A stretch of 64,000 bases of DNA from Octopus sinensis. Lineage: Eukaryota. A model generated the notes under the pieces. It was not told the origin of the DNA. It worked only from the letters and a program-made list of their open reading frames with translations, and did not search any database. Shown one piece after another: positions 61,501-64,000 of this stretch. Each line of letters starts with the position of its first letter. The stretch's first letter is position 1. The stretch spans positions 129,208,001-129,272,000 of the forward strand of contig NC_042997.1 in assembly GCF_006345805.1 (NCBI RefSeq). The letters are read 5' to 3'. A program made the translations under genes and the position numbers.

Positions 61501-63491
61501 TATGCCTCCATAACTTAGTGGTTTGCCAAAAAGAGCCCAATAGATGAAGTACCAAGTTTTAAAAAATAAGTACTGGGGTCAATTTGCAGGTGACTGTGTA
61601 TAGAAATAAACGGAATACACACTTTTAAACGTGCATTGACCACCCACAGATTAAACAGCTCAGAAAAATTTAGAAAACAAGTGTGTTGATTTCTACTTTC
61701 TACTAAAACTACTTCCTAAGACTTTATATGGAAATTTATATGGAAACAATTATCTATATTCTAGAAAAAATAGACAAGAGGAGAAAGAAATATAAAATGT
61801 GAGGATGATAAGTATTTCAAATTTGCAATACCTCATCAGGACTAGATGCTTGGTAAACAACTTTCTGATGTGACATTTGGTTGACATCTCCATTAGTACT
61901 GCTGTCAGTATCATTGACACTTTCAAAGACTGGTGTTACATTATGGCAGAGTGCAATTGCTCTTACAGCTTCAAATGCTCGAGTGATAACTGTACGCCGT
62001 ACAGGTCCAGTATGGCGCTGAGACATTGAAGACATCTGAGAGAATCCAGTTTTCACATGTAGACTAACCTATGGAAGAAAAAATGAGCAATTGTTACAAA
62101 ACAAGTTAAATTAAAGTTAACAAAGTTAATGCAGTGAACAAATAAACTACAAATAATTACATGGTGGAGAAAAAACAATATTAGCCAATGACTAATATTA
62201 TTATTTCAGTTACTTACAAAAGATAACTTTGAACATGATTTGGTTTTATTAAACATCCTCAAAGAAGAACAGACTTCACTGTACTTCCCAAAGTAATGAT
62301 GAGTGAATCACTACATAAATGCATGAGTGTACACATGTAGGTTTGAACATTAAATATTTTGAAGAATAAATTACTGAGAGAAATCATAACTCAACACAGT
62401 TAATCTAATCCATGTCTACATATATTACATTAATAAAGCTAGATTAATCCATGTCTACATACAGTAATACAGCTAACATAATCCCTTCTACATTCATGAC
62501 AATAATAGTTAATCCAGTAAGTCCAACTTTAAATAGTGGACAATTTTGTGTCTTCCTTCAGCTTGCCTGAAGCCTCAACCTCCTATGGAATTGTACAGGT
62601 GCTACCATGACATACTTTTCACCAGTGTTCACCATTTGCTACAGCTGTATGTGGTAAAATCCAAATCGGTCAGCATCATCAAACTGACCTTCCTGGACTT
62701 CCTTGGTGTAATGGTAAAGCCCATCTCCTCATAGTTTCTCACTGTTTGTCAGGACATGATCCAGAACCATACCAAGGATAAAGTATACCAACATGTCACC
62801 TTATAGGACTCCAACTCACAACTCAACTATTCAGAAAAAGCATAAAATGGTCCTCTTTTTGATGATTGGTTAATACTAAGAGCATCTAGATATTGGAACA
62901 ATATCTGTTCAAATTTACATAACATCAAGGTAAAATGAATATAAATAAATCCTACATGGCTATAAACAACTTGATCAAGCCACTGTGTTAAGAGTGATAT
63001 GTTAGTAAAGAAATGGTAGGAATAGCTGAATGCAACCTCGCTTAGAGAATAACTATTCAACAAGTAAACATTCAGATTACAAGTGATAAATTAACTATTA
63101 TAAAAAATATTTTCACAAAATGAAAATTGTTTCTACTCTGATATCTTTCTTGTAAATTATTCTGACACTGTTTGAAACTACTAAACATTTTTTTTTTACT
63201 CTGTTAATTCAATACTTCATCATTAAGTCAACACATCTGTCTACTCAGCTGAAAGTTCAGTGGATTGTTCACAATAAAATACAGCACCACTACTATGAAA
63301 GCCTCACAACTCTTCAGCCAAGAACAACTTTATATGAGCTTAGCTTATTTTTATTTCCCTTTATAAAAATGTTCAAATAAATGCCTTAATTATATAGTGA
63401 CAAAAGTCTGGACTTTCACTGAAAATGTTCTCACCTCATCCATCGTATCAGAAGCAAAAGATACTGTGCCAAGATGAAGCCTTTTGAAAAC
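46418..63491 (-). CDS. ATP9: P4-type phospholipid-transporting ATPase, class II (ATP9A/B, Neo1 ortholog); 3' 15 exons, 5' part lies beyond the window
   Basis: Exons (minus): 63435-63491, 61832-62068, 59674-59835, 59292-59384, 58275-58358, 56215-56385, 53869-54057, 53228-53372, 52965-53029, 52231-52319, 50837-50968, 49578-49686, 49308-49365, 47847-48050, 46418-46554. All have GT-AG boundaries with consistent phase; 1932 nt = 643 aa + TAA. Motifs: [103 protein letters not shown] at the C-terminus. Confidence 0.96.
46700..47160 (+). mobile_element. Second Tc1/mariner-superfamily transposase C-terminal remnant, in an ATP9 intron
   Basis: Frame reading [27 protein letters not shown]...[12 protein letters not shown] resembles Tc1/mariner C-termini. 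Confidence 0.55.
47208..47673 (-). mobile_element. Internally deleted mariner (same family as 16698), in an ATP9 intron
   Basis: TIRs TTGAGTCATCCCAT / ATAGGCTGACCCAA+TA; C-terminal remnant [23 protein letters not shown]. Confidence 0.88.
47847..48050 (-). CDS. ATP9: ATP9 exon ([25 protein letters not shown]...KDFF)
   Basis: ttctag acceptor, gtaagt donor, 204 nt; transmembrane segments. Confidence 0.95.
48880..49200 (-). mobile_element. Penelope-like RT remnant in an ATP9 intron
   Basis: [15 protein letters not shown] resembles Penelope RT GxAMGTKMGPSYANLFMG; downstream [12 protein letters not shown] resembles the thumb-region xYLxYxSxH. Confidence 0.6.
49308..49365 (-). CDS. ATP9: ATP9 exon ([19 protein letters not shown])
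   Basis: tttcag acceptor, gttagt donor, 58 nt. Confidence 0.95.
49578..49686 (-). CDS. ATP9: ATP9 exon ([19 protein letters not shown]...PELYKELTK)
   Basis: tctcag acceptor, gtagtc donor, 109 nt. Confidence 0.95.
50837..50968 (-). CDS. ATP9: ATP9 exon ([19 protein letters not shown]...FLMVG)
   Basis: tttcag acceptor, gtgagt donor, 132 nt. Confidence 0.95.
51094..51904 (+). mobile_element. RTE LINE 3' fragment in an ATP9 intron (antisense to gene)
   Basis: [16 protein letters not shown] region plus 3' UTR with tandem units and (GAT)n. Confidence 0.9.
52231..52319 (-). CDS. ATP9: ATP9 exon ([29 protein letters not shown])
   Basis: ttttag acceptor, gtgagt donor, 89 nt. Confidence 0.95.
52965..53029 (-). 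CDS. ATP9: ATP9 exon ([22 protein letters not shown])
   Basis: attcag acceptor, gtaacc donor, 65 nt; P-type ATPase hinge motif. Confidence 0.96.
53228..53372 (-). CDS. ATP9: ATP9 exon ([10 protein letters not shown]...[12 protein letters not shown]...CAV)
   Basis: atccag acceptor, gtacgt donor, 145 nt, ends phase 1. Confidence 0.95.
53869..54057 (-). CDS. ATP9: ATP9 exon ([19 protein letters not shown]...SGDSVQ)
   Basis: ttgcag acceptor, gtctgg donor, 189 nt. Confidence 0.95.
56215..56385 (-). CDS. ATP9: ATP9 exon (TRYHQAK...[25 protein letters not shown])
   Basis: ttccag acceptor, gtaagg donor, 171 nt. Confidence 0.95.
56816..57912. mobile_element. piggyBac-like non-autonomous element (1097 bp) or two adjacent ends, in an ATP9 intron
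   Basis: TTAA(56812-15) CCCTTTCGTTAC ... GTAACGAAAGGG TTAA(57913-16): perfect 12-bp TIRs with TTAA; internal direct duplications; no transposase. Confidence 0.7.
58275..58358 (-). CDS. ATP9: ATP9 exon ([28 protein letters not shown])
   Basis: tttcag acceptor, gttagt donor, 84 nt. Confidence 0.95.
58785..59195 (+). mobile_element. Short bipartite RTE-type element (5'-UTR-like part joined to ORF end), old
   Basis: 3' part reads ..RGRP.. and ..FCSTGSKGL; 5' part GCTTGTGTGCCTCAATAACCCTGAGAGCTCTGC...GGTAGGGC resembles RTE 5' UTRs (from memory). Confidence 0.45.
59292..59384 (-). CDS. ATP9: ATP9 exon ([31 protein letters not shown])
   Basis: tcacag acceptor, gtttgt donor, 93 nt. Confidence 0.95.
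59674..59835 (-). CDS. ATP9: ATP9 exon ([11 protein letters not shown]...[15 protein letters not shown])
   Basis: tgctag acceptor, gttagt donor, 162 nt. Confidence 0.95.
60100..61450 (+). mobile_element. CR1/L2-group LINE ORF2 remnant in an ATP9 intron, interrupted by an RTE tail and a SINE fragment
   Basis: [11 protein letters not shown]...[12 protein letters not shown]; [16 protein letters not shown]; [19 protein letters not shown]...QHVVVDG. Confidence 0.85.
61832..62068 (-). CDS. ATP9: ATP9 exon (VSLHVKTG...ALCHNVTPV...YQASSPDE)
   Basis: ccatag acceptor, gtattg donor, 237 nt. Confidence 0.95.
63435..63491 (-). CDS. ATP9: ATP9 exon ([19 protein letters not shown])
   Basis: tgtcag acceptor, gtgaga donor, 57 nt, phase 0/0. 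Confidence 0.93.
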
Positions 63492-64000
63492 CTGACAAAA
63501 TAGAGAAAACTTTAGTCAATATGTTATACTAACAGGTACACAAATGATTTATATAATCAGCAAGCAACTTCATTTCTGTTTTGATGTTTTGAACTACTCA
63601 TTTCAGCTTTATGAAATGGACTGTAACAATTGGTGTTATAATGTTCTGGCCGTTTTTGTTCAAGCACTCTACATTTTGTGATTTAGATTTTATTTAGTTC
63701 TAGGACTGAAGAGTAATATTTGTTTACATTTGAATATTTGTTTACATTTACTTTTTAATAATGTTTGAGCAGAATTGTTTGATTGTTGTTGCTTGACAGG
63801 GCAGGCCTATGATCCAAAATGTCCCATCATCATCATTTAACATCTATTGTCCATGCTGGCATGGGTTGGATGGTTTGACTGGGCTGGCATGCTGCACCAG
63901 ACTCCAGTCTAATTTGGCATGGTCTTCTACTGCTAGATGCACATCCTAACACCAATCACTCCAAGAGTGTAATAGGTACATTTACATGCCACTGACACAT

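Noticed and set aside
62540-62790. Extra ATP9 exon or independent ORF (62546-62734)
   Set aside because: Flanking ATP9 exons already join in frame (DE|VSLHV); the minus strand shows only a faint LTDLDF-like RT remnant, too weak to call

Overview
AT-rich, microsatellite- and retroposon-dense metazoan genomic DNA; the repeat families look like those of an octopod cephalopod (inference). Two spliced host genes were assembled by hand from GT-AG boundaries and codon phase. On the + strand is POP4/Rpp29 (RNase P/MRP subunit): five coding exons at 32504-44053, start-codon exon not located. On the - strand is the 3' part of the P4-ATPase flippase ATP9: 15 exons, 643 codons plus stop, 63491 down to 46418. 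The two genes converge about 2.4 kb apart. The rest is mobile DNA: a decayed Ty3/gypsy gag-pro-RT, several RTE LINEs and many (GAT)n-tailed RTE 3' fragments, CR1 remnants, Penelope-like pieces, Tc1/mariner, hAT and piggyBac-like elements, and at least three tRNA-derived SINE families. The most notable non-genic structures are (i) a near-perfect 455-bp inverted repeat at 10750-11781 carrying a type I hammerhead ribozyme motif in each arm, with further hammerhead-like motifs nearby, (ii) a 5S rRNA head fused to a LINE-type stem-loop tail at 40271-40465 (candidate SINE3), and (iii) a 116-nt hairpin between the two convergent genes. All coordinates were read by eye; repeat boundaries are approximate. 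No database searches were run.
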